DNA from: Planctomycetota bacterium
GTDB taxonomy: Bacteria; Planctomycetota; Planctomycetia; Pirellulales; Pirellulaceae
Assembly (NCBI GenBank): GCA_024276655.1
Contig: JAJRWU010000135.1
Span: forward strand, 1 to 37,719
Length of the DNA: 37,719 nucleotides
Direction: 5' to 3'
In this document: positions 1 to 9,789 of the stretch, one piece after another
How the letters are laid out: each line of letters opens with the position of its first letter
How positions within the stretch are numbered: the stretch's first letter is position 1
Made by a program: the position numbers and the translations under genes
The notes under the pieces: generated by a model
The model's input: only the letters and a program-made list of their open reading frames with translations
Databases searched by the model: none
Told to the model about the DNA's origin: nothing

Positions 1-220
1 ATTGAATCAAAGTCCCTTGCTTTTGGCCTAAATGCGAAAAACGCAACCCAGAAATACTGCCTTTAGTCCGCTTTGTTACTCACGACTAGCGATTCACCAA
101 AACTCAACGTCACGCTGAACCAGTACATTAGGGCCAATCCAAGATCTATTCCGTGTTTTTCAGATGCCGGCAAGCCTCCGGTTTGGCGGGGATCTCATAA
201 GGCGAGCGACAGATGAAAAT

Positions 221-260
221 TTACCTAATACAAGCACGAAGCGCAAGCGAGTGAATCAGC
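221..260 (+). promoter_or_regulatory. Conserved 40-bp upstream motif TTACCTAATACAAGCACGAAGCGCAAGCGAGTGAATCAGC, copy 1, upstream of the H-NOX operon
   Basis: 36 of 41 nt are identical to the reverse complement of 37426-37467, which lies 16 bp upstream of the PepSY-TM gene ATG. In both cases the motif has the same orientation relative to the downstream gene. Confidence 0.45.
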
Positions 261-545
261 AAACGGTCATTCTCGCGTGGGTGGGAACCCAAAAAAACTC
301 ACGGACGCCCGTTGCGTGCGGGTAAGTTATTTTCCGCCGCTCGCCTGGCGGGTTCGGCTGTGCGGGCTGTAGGGGTATTGCCTTTTTTTGTGTATCGGCC
401 GGGTGTCTGCTTTTGCCGTCAAGATTTCCCGCCACGCCCGCCACTCATACGCAACCTATGTTTTCAAGCGGCATTTTGAATGCTCTTGGGCGCGAAATCG
501 AACCCAACCCACAAAAACCAACACCGAACCGCAAGGAACAGAAAC

Positions 546-1100
546 ATGAAAGGGGTCGTGTTTACCGAGTTCGTCGAGATGCTGGAGGAGACATTCTCGC
601 CGGAGTTAGTCGACGAGTTGTTCGGCGCGATCTCACTGCCCTCGAAAGGCGTCTATACTTCGGTCGGCACGTACGACCACAACGAACTGGTATCGCTGGT
701 TGTGGAATTGTCGAGACGAACCGACACCGCGGTTCCCAGCTTGATTCACGCCTTTGGCAAACACCTGGGAAAACAGTTCGTCGCCAAGTATCCGGCGTTT
801 TTCGACGCCGTTGAAGATGCGTTCGGTTTTTTCGAGCAGATCGACGGATACGTTCACGTCGAAGTTCGCAAACTGTACCCCGACGCCGAACTGCCGCGAT
901 TCCACACCAGGAGAGTCGGCGAACACGGGTTGGAAGTGGTTTACGAATCGGAGCGACCCTTCGCAGATTTGGCGCACGGCCTTATCGAGAACACGATCGA
1001 GCACTATGGCGAATCAATCGAGATCGAACGCCGGCCAACCGACAACGGCGAAGTGTTCGTACTATGGCAGAAATGCGAGACGCCGTCATGCCAGGGTTAG
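546..1100 (+). CDS. hnoX: H-NOX (haem nitric oxide/oxygen binding) sensor domain protein
   Basis: The N-terminus MKGVVFTEFVEMLEE is typical of H-NOX proteins. A Y-x-S-x-R haem-propionate motif (YESER) and a candidate proximal His (GYVHVEV) are present. ATG at 546 is preceded by AAGGA. It is coupled to a downstream histidine kinase. The ORF-track start at 480 adds 22 low-complexity residues and is less likely. Confidence 0.8.
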   Translation: MKGVVFTEFVEMLEETFSPELVDELFGAISLPSKGVYTSVGTYDHNELVSLVVELSRRTDTAVPSLIHAFGKHLGKQFVAKYPAFFDAVEDAFGFFEQIDGYVHVEVRKLYPDAELPRFHTRRVGEHGLEVVYESERPFADLAHGLIENTIEHYGESIEIERRPTDNGEVFVLWQKCETPSCQG

Positions 1101-2431
1101 ATGGCGTACTAAGCCGTTGGGAGCGGGAGCGGGAGGCTCGAAAGCAGGCCGAGCACCTCTTGGAACAGAAGAGCCGCGACCTGTATGAGAGTAAACAGCA
1201 ACTCGAAGATGCTCTCGCCAACGCTGAGTTGGCGACACGGGCGAAGAGTGAGTTTCTGGCGAACATGAGCCATGAAATTCGCACGCCAATGACCGCCATT
1301 CTCGGCTTCACCGATATTCTGCTCGGCAGTTTGGTTGAACCAGAAGACATCGCCGCCGCCCTGACCGTGAAAGAGAACGGCGAGTATCTGATCAACCTCA
1401 TCAACGACATTCTCGATTTATCCAAAATTGAAGCCGGGAAGATCGAAGTCGAACAAATCGAATGCTCCCCTCATGAAATTGCGGCCGACGTATCGTCGTT
1501 GATGAGAGTACGGGCGTCGGCCAAGGGTTTGCAGTTGAAAGTTCATTTCGACGACGCTCTTCCTGAAACGATCCAGAGCGATCCCACTCGGCTGCGGCAG
1601 ATTCTCATCAACCTCGTTGGTAATGCGATCAAGTTCACCGAAACGGGCTCGGTTCTGATTGTTGCTCACTTGCTGAACGCTCCGGGCGCGGAGCCGAAAC
1701 TGCAATTCGACGTGATCGACACCGGAATCGGGATCGCCGAGGAAAAAATCGAAAAGCTCTTCCAGCCGTTCACGCAAGCCGACAACTCAACAACTCGGCG
1801 GTTTGGCGGAACCGGCTTGGGGCTCACGATCAGCAAACGCATGGCGGAACTCCTCGGCGGCAAGGTTTCCATATCCAGTACGGTCGGCGAGGGAAGCACT
1901 TTTTCGGTCACGGTTGCCACGGGCCCGCTGGAGGACGTACGACAGATTCGCGACGCCGTTCCACCGGCTTGTAACAAAGTGGTTACAAAACATTCGTTAG
2001 ACCACGAAACCGAAACTCCGCTGCGCGATCGTCGGGTGTTGCTGGCCGAAGACGGGCCCGATAATCAACGGCTGATTGGCTTCATCTTGAAGCAGGAGGG
2101 CGCGGAGGTCACGCTGGCTGACAACGGGCAGATTGCCTTCGATCTCGCCGCCGCCGCTCGCGCGGAGGAACACCCTTTCGATGTGATCTTGATGGACATG
2201 CAAATGCCGGTGCTCGACGGCTACGCGGCCACGCGCCGATTGCGAAACGAAGGGCACTCCGGCCCGATTCTCGCCCTGACCGCTCATGCGATGGCCGGTG
2301 ATCGAGAGAAGTGCCTCAACGCCGGTTGCGATGACTTCCTCACCAAGCCGATTGACCGCCAGAAGTTGATCGCAACGGTGGCTGATTTCGCCTCGCGGCA
2401 AGAGACTCTTGCAGCGAACGATGCTCGGTAG
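1064..2431 (+). CDS. Hybrid sensor histidine kinase (HisKA + HATPase_c + C-terminal receiver), partner of H-NOX
   Basis: H-box FLANMSHEIRTPMTAILGF; N, G1 and G2 boxes (NLVGNAIKFT, DTGIGI, GGTGLGLTIS); a receiver domain with DVILMDMQMPVLDGY. It overlaps the H-NOX stop, so the two are probably translationally coupled. The start could be 1064, 1073 or 1088. Confidence 0.85.
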   Translation: MAEMRDAVMPGLDGVLSRWEREREARKQAEHLLEQKSRDLYESKQQLEDALANAELATRAKSEFLANMSHEIRTPMTAILGFTDILLGSLVEPEDIAAALTVKENGEYLINLINDILDLSKIEAGKIEVEQIECSPHEIAADVSSLMRVRASAKGLQLKVHFDDALPETIQSDPTRLRQILINLVGNAIKFTETGSVLIVAHLLNAPGAEPKLQFDVIDTGIGIAEEKIEKLFQPFTQADNSTTRRFGGTGLGLTISKRMAELLGGKVSISSTVGEGSTFSVTVATGPLEDVRQIRDAVPPACNKVVTKHSLDHETETPLRDRRVLLAEDGPDNQRLIGFILKQEGAEVTLADNGQIAFDLAAAARAEEHPFDVILMDMQMPVLDGYAATRRLRNEGHSGPILALTAHAMAGDREKCLNAGCDDFLTKPIDRQKLIATVADFASRQETLAANDAR

Positions 2432-2435
2432 CCGT

Positions 2436-3818
2436 TTAGTCGGCGGCAAATCCGTCCGGCAAGAGCGACCGAACGCGTTCGACGATCCGATCCTCGATCG
2501 GCGGTTGTACGCGTTCAGGAATTCCGTAGGAAATCGTGTTGCTCAGTGAGTTGCGAGCTTCGTAGCCGCCTTCATTCAAAACACGCTTGGAGGCGATGTA
2601 ATAAGTGATTTCATTGGTGTAGGCGTTGATCCACAATCGACTGCCGTCTAGCTCGCTTTTGATGCGCAATGCGTAATCGACGCCGGGTTCATCCGACAGA
2701 AAGACCATCGCCAGGTCATCGCCAAAAACCCACGTCGCGATTTGCACCGTTCTCGTTTTCGCCGGCTTCTGGCCACGTTCGAGTTCGGCCAGCACCCGCC
2801 CCAAGGCCCACGACTGGCCGACGCGTTTTCTTAGTTCATCGAGCGCGGGCGGTTCGTGGCAAGCGACTTCGAGTGGCCGACTACGCGCAACAAGCTCCGG
2901 TGTGATCGGCGTAAACTTGCCTTGCAACAATCGTTTCACTTCGTCGGCCATCGCCCGCCCGTGTTGCTCGCACAACTTGACCGTGCCGTGCGGGCAAGGG
3001 TCGGAATCGCCGCCGCAGCCGATGGTCACCAAGGCCACCGCGCCGGGATGATCGGCCTCAATAAACTCTTGGGCGCTGGCCGCCCAGTCGCCGTGAATTT
3101 GTTTGAAGTTGCCGCGCAGGGTCGTGTTGTGGCAGGCATAGTTCACGACCAACGCGATCAACTGATCGTTCTCGTCGACCACTCGCAACAGCGGCAGCGA
3201 GTGGTCGGCCAGTGCGCCGCCAACGCAGCCAAACCCGGTCCATCCGCCGTCCTTCAAAACTCGCCGGTTGGTGGCAAAACCGACCGTGCCTCGCGTCCAG
3301 GAAAGACGCCCCGGCCGGCGCGCCGTGATTGCGTCCAGCACCACTTTCTCTAAAAGATCGGTAAGCCGCCGCGCGTATGCTGTAATACGCTCGCTCTGGG
3401 CGGCAGTCATCGAAGCCGTGCCCGTCAGGTCGGGGCAGGAGTGGTTGTGGGAGTTGCATAACATGAACCGCTCCGGCTTCAACGGTGTTTTAGACTGCAC
3501 GCGGCGGAGGACTTCCGCTCGCAATTCGCCGGGCACATCGCCGCTATCGACGGTTAGCAGAACTGCGAGTTCTTCCCCTTTCTCGCCGCCAATCGCCAGG
3601 GCTTTCGCTTTCAAGCGGCCCGCGATCCCCTCCGATTCCGTGATTCGCGAGCCGTATCCATACATGCGCACCCGCTGTTTCGGAGTTATGTCGACCTTCG
3701 CGGCGCCCACAAGCGCGAGTTGCGCCTGTGCGGATTGCATGGCGCCGCCAGCAACAAACAGGAGCCCGGCGGCAACGCAAAAGACCCATCGAAGTTGAGA
3801 AACAAAGGTTTGGCGCAT
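2436..3818 (-). CDS. Secreted neutral/alkaline ceramidase-like hydrolase
   Basis: N-terminal signal peptide. The VDITP...GYG N-terminal block and overall length resemble the neutral ceramidase family (PF04734-like). Assigned by recall of the family rather than a search. Confidence 0.5.
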   Translation of the reverse strand: MRQTFVSQLRWVFCVAAGLLFVAGGAMQSAQAQLALVGAAKVDITPKQRVRMYGYGSRITESEGIAGRLKAKALAIGGEKGEELAVLLTVDSGDVPGELRAEVLRRVQSKTPLKPERFMLCNSHNHSCPDLTGTASMTAAQSERITAYARRLTDLLEKVVLDAITARRPGRLSWTRGTVGFATNRRVLKDGGWTGFGCVGGALADHSLPLLRVVDENDQLIALVVNYACHNTTLRGNFKQIHGDWAASAQEFIEADHPGAVALVTIGCGGDSDPCPHGTVKLCEQHGRAMADEVKRLLQGKFTPITPELVARSRPLEVACHEPPALDELRKRVGQSWALGRVLAELERGQKPAKTRTVQIATWVFGDDLAMVFLSDEPGVDYALRIKSELDGSRLWINAYTNEITYYIASKRVLNEGGYEARNSLSNTISYGIPERVQPPIEDRIVERVRSLLPDGFAAD

Positions 3819-3854
3819 GATCGACCGCTTTCTATTAGCAACCCATTGTAAAAA

Positions 3855-5228
3855 TCATTTCGGCGCGACTTCTTCCTTGGGTTCTTCCAATCGGACGAGA
3901 AGCCATTGCTGCGTTTGGCCGTCCTCGAAATGCAGCAATACGGGCGTGGTGTCTTGCGTTAGGTTCGAGATGCCCGTTTCCATGATCGGCCATTGCTTGC
4001 CGGCGACGCCCCAGGCGGAACGCTGGCTTTTCTGATCGATCATTCCCTCGATGGGCTCCGATTTTTCAGTGGCCGTGTTCTGGAACGTTCCCGCGATGAT
4101 GCCCTGTTTGTTGACGGCCAACTGCAGGAATAACGTTGGAGGCGGCCCCGATTTCTCGCCATCTTGCGTTACGGCGAACACGCCCAGCGGCATCCAGTCA
4201 ACGGCGTCGTCCACTTCGGGAGCGCTGGCGGCAATGGCCTGCGCCTGTTGGGCGTATTCGTCGGCCGAGGCGACGGCGTTCTCCCCGTAGTAAACGGTGT
4301 CGCCTTCATAATAAACGTTCTCGCCATAGCTGTAGGACACCGGCTCGCTCCAGCCCCACGGGAGCCAACCAGTCACTAGCCCCCAAGTGGCCCAGCGATA
4401 AGGACGATTCCAACGCCATCGCGCCCAGTTGGGGTGGCCTTTCCAAAAGTCATGACGTGGATGATAATTATGAAACTGGTTGCGCACTTCATCGCGACGG
4501 CCCTGGCGGCTCCCCAATCGCTCCTCGCGATTAGCGATTCGGTCGGGACGATTTCCCACCAAGTCACCCGGTCGGGGGCGAACAGGATCAATGCCAGGAC
4601 GCAGCCCTGGCCGCTGAGCGGGAAGTTGGGCGGGGCGTTGGCCGGCGTTGGGCAATTGGCCCGTCGCGGGTCGGTTTTTCAGAAATTCAGACGCCGCTCC
4701 GCCGGCGCCGGGCCGTGTTGCGGGAAGCGTTCCCGGCCTTCCTGTTGAGGGCCGGGAAGGATCCAAGAAGTTTTGCAATTGCCCTTGCGATGGCCGTCCG
4801 CCAACGCTGGGCCGTGTTCCCGCTCCGGGGCGCGTTGCGGGATTGCTGGGGCGTCCGCCAACACTGGGTCTTGTTCCCGCTCCGGGTCGCGCTACTGGGT
4901 TACTTGGCCGTCCGCCAACACTGGGTCGTGTTCCCGCGCCGGGTCGCGCCGCGGGACTGCTGGGGCGAGGACTGCTGGGGCGATGGGCCGGCCTTGCCGA
5001 GGGACGGCTAACAGACGGAGTGCGGCTAGGCGCCGAACGCGAATGGCCGCCGCCACTGAAACCACCTCCACCCCGACTGCCGCCCCCACCGCTGAAACCG
5101 CCACGGCCACCGCCTCCTCCGCCACGACCACCGCCTCCTCCGCCACGGCCGCCACGGGCTTGAACGTCGTTTGAAGATACAAAAATAACGATTGAGAATG
5201 CGATGAGAAAATATGCGAGCTTGTTCAT
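3855..5228 (-). CDS. Secreted Gly/Arg-rich, Pro/Ser-rich repeat protein with a globular C-terminal domain
   Basis: Signal peptide, then GGRGGGGGGRGG runs, three 19-aa repeats (ARPGAGTRPSVGGRPSNPV) encoded by 57-bp tandem DNA repeats, and a non-repetitive Trp-rich C-terminal domain. Confidence 0.6.
   Translation of the reverse strand: MNKLAYFLIAFSIVIFVSSNDVQARGGRGGGGGGRGGGGGGRGGFSGGGGSRGGGGFSGGGHSRSAPSRTPSVSRPSARPAHRPSSPRPSSPAARPGAGTRPSVGGRPSNPVARPGAGTRPSVGGRPSNPATRPGAGTRPSVGGRPSQGQLQNFLDPSRPSTGRPGTLPATRPGAGGAASEFLKNRPATGQLPNAGQRPAQLPAQRPGLRPGIDPVRPRPGDLVGNRPDRIANREERLGSRQGRRDEVRNQFHNYHPRHDFWKGHPNWARWRWNRPYRWATWGLVTGWLPWGWSEPVSYSYGENVYYEGDTVYYGENAVASADEYAQQAQAIAASAPEVDDAVDWMPLGVFAVTQDGEKSGPPPTLFLQLAVNKQGIIAGTFQNTATEKSEPIEGMIDQKSQRSAWGVAGKQWPIMETGISNLTQDTTPVLLHFEDGQTQQWLLVRLEEPKEEVAPK
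4796..4966. repeat. Three imperfect copies of a 57-bp tandem repeat inside the Gly/Arg-rich CDS
   Basis: Units start at 4796, 4853 and 4910, each with GTCCGCCAACRCTGGG. Confidence 0.8.
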
Positions 5229-5288
5229 GAAATGGTCCGTCTTAGCGTGATTTCGTTTTTTCGTGAGTTCGGTTGGGGTTTGTTTGAA

Positions 5289-6191
5289 TCACTCGGCGTC
5301 TGGGGCTCGAACCACGACCACTTCGTCGATATTGGGCAGGAGTCCGCCATCGACGGTGCGGCTCACCGATTGCCATTTGAATTGGTTGTCGTCAACGTAC
5401 GAGATAATGTTCACCGACGACGCGCTCCCTCCGTCGGGCAATGTTCCCGTCACGGTAACATACCAATGATTCTCTTTCTTGGTCCAACGTCCTTCGGCGA
5501 AGCCGCCGTCTGAATCGAACACCCAAGAGCGAATTTGCTTGGCTGCCGGGTCCCAGCCGATGACCTGCATGCCGGCCAAATCGATTCGGTTTTGAATCGA
5601 GACGGTAAACGACCGCGTGATGAAGTTTTTGTTTCGGGTCCACTCGCAGGTCGTCTCGATGCGGGCTTGGTCGTCGGCGTCGACCCAGTGGCCGATCATC
5701 CACTCCAATTGTTTGAGTTGCTCGTAGTGCGACGAAACAACCGGGACATCTTCTTCCGTGACGCGGTCCAAAAGCCACTGGCCATCGCGTTTGACATGAA
5801 TCGCGGTGTAGGTGCTTTCTTGCGGCTGGCCATCGGCGGTGATCAATTTGGCGACGCCGTTTTCCACCGCGACGCCGGGAGAAATGAACTGAATCGATTG
5901 CACCTCCACGGCCAACTTGGTCTCCTTCAGTTCCGAGAGAATGGCTTCGAACTCTTTCTCGATCGCTTCCCGTCCCTCGACCTGACTTCCCGTGAGCGGG
6001 TTGATATAAACCGCATCGGGCGACCACCGCGCCGCCAGCGCCTGCGCATCATGAGCGTTGAATGCGGCGGTGTACGATTCGATCGCCTTTTCAATCGCGG
6101 CCCTGTCGGCCGCTTGATCGGCGGCGGATGTAGTTCTCTCGCCGCAGATCATGGTTGCGCAAACGAGCAGGGCGCCCACAAGGTATTTCAT
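5289..6191 (-). CDS. Secreted protein with tandem NTF2-like (SnoaL/DUF4440-type) domains
   Basis: Signal peptide. Two repeats of the NTF2-like pattern (AAIEKAIESYTAAFNAHDAQALAARWSPDAVY... and ...HWVDADDQARIETTCEWTRNKNFI...). Confidence 0.5.
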   Translation of the reverse strand: MKYLVGALLVCATMICGERTTSAADQAADRAAIEKAIESYTAAFNAHDAQALAARWSPDAVYINPLTGSQVEGREAIEKEFEAILSELKETKLAVEVQSIQFISPGVAVENGVAKLITADGQPQESTYTAIHVKRDGQWLLDRVTEEDVPVVSSHYEQLKQLEWMIGHWVDADDQARIETTCEWTRNKNFITRSFTVSIQNRIDLAGMQVIGWDPAAKQIRSWVFDSDGGFAEGRWTKKENHWYVTVTGTLPDGGSASSVNIISYVDDNQFKWQSVSRTVDGGLLPNIDEVVVVRAPDAE

Positions 6192-6317
6192 CGAAGGTCT
6201 CTCTTTCTTTTGTCGAATGTTTGAATTGGTAAGGATCGTTCGAGAATTAGTTGTCCGACTTTGCTTGTACGATGGCCTTGGAAGGCCGTCGTGCAGCGGT
6301 AATTTCCCGCCCGATGT

Positions 6318-7832
6318 TTAACGGACCCGTTCAATTTCTCCCGGCTGCCAGGTTTTGTCAAACCACGACTCCAGGGGGCCGTAGAGGCGAAGAATGGTGT
6401 TCCAACCTTTGCCGGGGACGGTTTGGATCCAGTTGCTCTCCTTGCCTTTTGGCGCCTGGGGGCCGAAATAGATGTCGACCGAGGTGTCTGGGTTGATCAC
6501 GATGCCTTTCTTTTGGCTGCCAAGACTCGGGAATTGCTGGTCGGTTTGTAACATCGAGCGGGTTTGGTTGTCGTACGCCACGATCGACCAAAAATCCTTC
6601 GCGGGAATGCTGGGAGGCAAATGCAGGCGGTAAGTCTTGGCGCCGTCGAACGCGTTGTCATGGGAATCAACAAAAGCGGCGGCGTATTGTGATCCTACGC
6701 CCGCGGGCATTTTTTTGGCCATGGCCGGCGTGATGCCCGTGGCGTAAAAGAGCATGAAGGTCCGCCCATTGAGTATTCGCGCTCCGCCGTCAAGAAATTC
6801 GTGGTTGCCGCCAACGAAGGCGGTTCCCCACGCACTGTTCGGGTAGTACCGCTGGATTTTGTCCGGGTAGCGGAAGGTTAGGGCGCGCGCCGTGGCCGTG
6901 CCGACATTCGCGGCCTCCGCTAGAATTTTCCTCATGCGCGCATCTGGCGCGAACGGCTTGCCTTTTTGAATCCCGATGGAGGCCAGGGCGCCCAGGGTTT
7001 CTGGGTCCATCGCATCGGCGGGCTCATACTGGACAACCGCGTTCACTTCCTCAAAAAAGGCGTAGTCCATTGAATGCAGGGTGTTGAAGGCAATGCCCGA
7101 GGCGTTGGAGAATTTCATCTTGGGTGGATGGTTCTTACTCGCCAAAGGATACGCGCGAAACAGCTTTTTGGTCGCCGCAACCGCGGGCCGAGGGTCGCCG
7201 TCTACTTGGAACCCGCGCCAAACGACCCAGTTGCCGAAAGTGCGAGTACGAGCAACGTGGTAGCCGGCGGGAACGGCGCCATCGTAGCCGGGAGGCAAAA
7301 TGAGAAACTTGCCGCCCTGGCCCTTATCAGGACCCGCGTTGCCGAAGTCGACCACATAGTGAAACCAAGCATCGTAAATAAAACCAAGCACGTTTGGGGG
7401 CGTCTCGATGACCATCGGACCGTTTTTCACATCCAGCCACATCATGCAGTAAATGGAGTCCGTGTTAGCGGTGAGGAACAGGGCCTTGGAGTCCATCAGT
7501 TGCTCAAAGATAACCGCAGATGTGTTGTCGGGGCCGAAGGCGCGAATTCCTTCACGCATGGCATGCAGCGACGCAGCTGGAATGGAGGTCAGAACAGATT
7601 GCACGCCCCGCTGGAAATCGAGGTTGTCCAACACTTTTTTGACGGTTGCATTATCGGGGAAGCCGTCGGTGAACCTCAATGTTCCTAGGCGCGTTTCGAC
7701 GGAGTTCGGCGTCGCGACGCCCGGCGGGATGGGGGTGGTCATCTTCATTTTCGGCGCGGTCTGTGCGTGGACGGTCGCCAGAACAAAAACCAGTGAAATC
7801 GCCAATGAGCCGAATAAAGAACCGTTACGCAT
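6318..7832 (-). CDS. Secreted DUF1254/DUF1214 two-domain protein
   Basis: Signal peptide from MRNGSLFGSLAISLVFVLA. The C-terminal PAKDFWSIVAYD block is typical of DUF1214. Start chosen at the ATG at 7832; the ORF-track start at 7898 is upstream of the signal peptide. Confidence 0.55.
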   Translation of the reverse strand: MRNGSLFGSLAISLVFVLATVHAQTAPKMKMTTPIPPGVATPNSVETRLGTLRFTDGFPDNATVKKVLDNLDFQRGVQSVLTSIPAASLHAMREGIRAFGPDNTSAVIFEQLMDSKALFLTANTDSIYCMMWLDVKNGPMVIETPPNVLGFIYDAWFHYVVDFGNAGPDKGQGGKFLILPPGYDGAVPAGYHVARTRTFGNWVVWRGFQVDGDPRPAVAATKKLFRAYPLASKNHPPKMKFSNASGIAFNTLHSMDYAFFEEVNAVVQYEPADAMDPETLGALASIGIQKGKPFAPDARMRKILAEAANVGTATARALTFRYPDKIQRYYPNSAWGTAFVGGNHEFLDGGARILNGRTFMLFYATGITPAMAKKMPAGVGSQYAAAFVDSHDNAFDGAKTYRLHLPPSIPAKDFWSIVAYDNQTRSMLQTDQQFPSLGSQKKGIVINPDTSVDIYFGPQAPKGKESNWIQTVPGKGWNTILRLYGPLESWFDKTWQPGEIERVR

Positions 7833-8115
7833 GTTGTCTATTCCTTTGATGGGGTGCAATGATCGACCGCTCCACGGGCGAAGAGCTCGAACACACATGC
7901 TGGTTCCGAGGCCGTGAGCGAAAGAGACCGAGAATTGAGAATTTACCGAGTATAGCCGACCGCCTGCGTTAATAGCGCAATTTTCTATCCGGAATTCGGT
8001 AGAAGCGGTAAACCGCGAGATTTGGACGCGTTTCGCTCCATAGAGGATTTGACGGGGCGGCTTCTGAGCAGGCGGAGCCCTGCAAAAGGTGCTCGTTTAA
8101 CAGCTTGGCCCGGAG

Positions 8116-9660
8116 CTACACCCGCAACAATTCTCTTGCCTGATCGCGACCGGGCGCCGGCCAACCGTATTCGCTGGCCGACACGCGAGCCAGACCAATC
8201 AGGTGCCGCCAGCGGAACTCCTCGCGCGTGGTCGGAAATTCCTCCACGACGGTGCGGAAGTATTTTTCGGCATGCAAGGCGCCGTCTTCACTCACCGCGT
8301 AACTCCGCAGGCAATCAAAAATCGGCTTTGAAGGATGCCCGGCCGTCTCCCAACTCTTGACGACCGCCATTGCCTTGGCCTGATCTTTCGATTGAACAGC
8401 CGCGTTCAACTCCGCCATGAGGCCGGCGGCGTCTAGTTTCCGCGACTCGATTGCGGCAACGTCAAATGCAAACGGCGCGTCGGTTGTGTAGCCGGTTTGC
8501 CCGGCCGTGTGCCAAGCGCCGACAATCAAACTGCAAACCTGGTTGCGATGATTCGTAACGCGGGAGATATTTCGCCACGCATTCGCGGCGTCCGAGGCGT
8601 GAACTCCAACGCTGGCGCCGTGCACGCTGTCCTTGGGTTTTTCATCGGAGGCCCATTTCTCCAGACGGCCAGGATCATGCAACACAAGCAAGTTGCCCGC
8701 CAGCGACATCGCTTCACCGATATCTTCGGGCGAAAAACCTTCCGCCAGCGCTGCCGCCGCCGCTTCGGCGGCCTGCTCGCGGGTGGCGGCGAAGAATGTC
8801 TGCGCTAACTGTTCGATCCAAGCCGACTCAGCTTTTCGCGAGCCGATTTTCCGGCCGAGCAGTTTGTATTCATCCAACAATCGCGGCGTCAATTTACGAA
8901 GAGCCGGTTCGGGCTTTTTGCGTTTCAGACGATCTTGTTCTTTTTCAACACAATACCGCACCGACTGCCGAAGCAGGGTGTGGGCGTGTTCGTAGCCCGT
9001 GAGTTGCATCACTTCCCATGCGCGCCAGGCAAGAGTCACGCGGTGTACGTCCGGCGCATCTTGAACGATATGCTGCAAGGCGTTGAACGTGTCTGCACGA
9101 TTTCCTTGTGCGATTGCCGCGAATGTCCTTTCGGTCGACTGCATGTCGGCGGTGCTCATTTCCTTGAACAAGCGTTGGCCGGCATGGCGTTTGTCGGTAA
9201 TCTTGGCTGGCTCGACCGGGTGCAGCCGCTGGCCGCTTCCGGCCGCCTGAATCCTGGCCGTGTTGCGATACAACACCTTGAGGATCGGCAGCGGCTGCTC
9301 GCGTTTTGGCAGCTCCTTCGCAATACGCCAAGCCGGCATGAGCGCCATCATGGTGTGGAAGCCGATGTAGTCCTGCCCGCCAAAACTGCGAGCGTTGGCC
9401 AAGGCGCCGGCGGCAACGAGCGTTTTAAGACCGACGCCGCGATGGAGCTTCTCGACCAAAATCGGCTGGAGTTTCTCGACCGGCGTTTGGTGCATTAAGT
9501 CGACCAGCGGCTCCATCGACCCGAAGGTGAGCGTTTCCGTTTCCTCATTTGCCAGGGCGGTCGAAATTCCCAACTCGGCGGCAAGCGTCGAACCGATGCC
9601 GGCGACCAGCATGCCTTCTCCGACGTTGGACAAAAATCCGCGACGTGAATAATTTTCCAT
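8116..9660 (-). CDS. Tat-signal secreted protein of unknown function
   Basis: Twin-arginine motif SRRGFLSNVGEGMLVAGIG at the N-terminus. GGGAGG RBS 8 nt upstream of the ATG at 9660. No recognisable catalytic motif. Confidence 0.6.
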   Translation of the reverse strand: MENYSRRGFLSNVGEGMLVAGIGSTLAAELGISTALANEETETLTFGSMEPLVDLMHQTPVEKLQPILVEKLHRGVGLKTLVAAGALANARSFGGQDYIGFHTMMALMPAWRIAKELPKREQPLPILKVLYRNTARIQAAGSGQRLHPVEPAKITDKRHAGQRLFKEMSTADMQSTERTFAAIAQGNRADTFNALQHIVQDAPDVHRVTLAWRAWEVMQLTGYEHAHTLLRQSVRYCVEKEQDRLKRKKPEPALRKLTPRLLDEYKLLGRKIGSRKAESAWIEQLAQTFFAATREQAAEAAAAALAEGFSPEDIGEAMSLAGNLLVLHDPGRLEKWASDEKPKDSVHGASVGVHASDAANAWRNISRVTNHRNQVCSLIVGAWHTAGQTGYTTDAPFAFDVAAIESRKLDAAGLMAELNAAVQSKDQAKAMAVVKSWETAGHPSKPIFDCLRSYAVSEDGALHAEKYFRTVVEEFPTTREEFRWRHLIGLARVSASEYGWPAPGRDQARELLRV

Positions 9661-9789
9661 CTCACTTGCCTCCCGAGAAAAGGTAAAGTGATGAAGCACG
9701 GCGCAGCTGTTTCAAAACGCCGCATCCCGACCAATGCATCGTACCACTGAAACACCGCCGCACAAGCTCGTAGGGGAATTCAGAACCTC

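Noticed and set aside
256-444. 62-aa minus-strand ORF in the H-NOX leader
   Set aside because: No RBS or motif. It lies in the region better explained as a 5' leader or promoter containing the conserved 40-bp motif.
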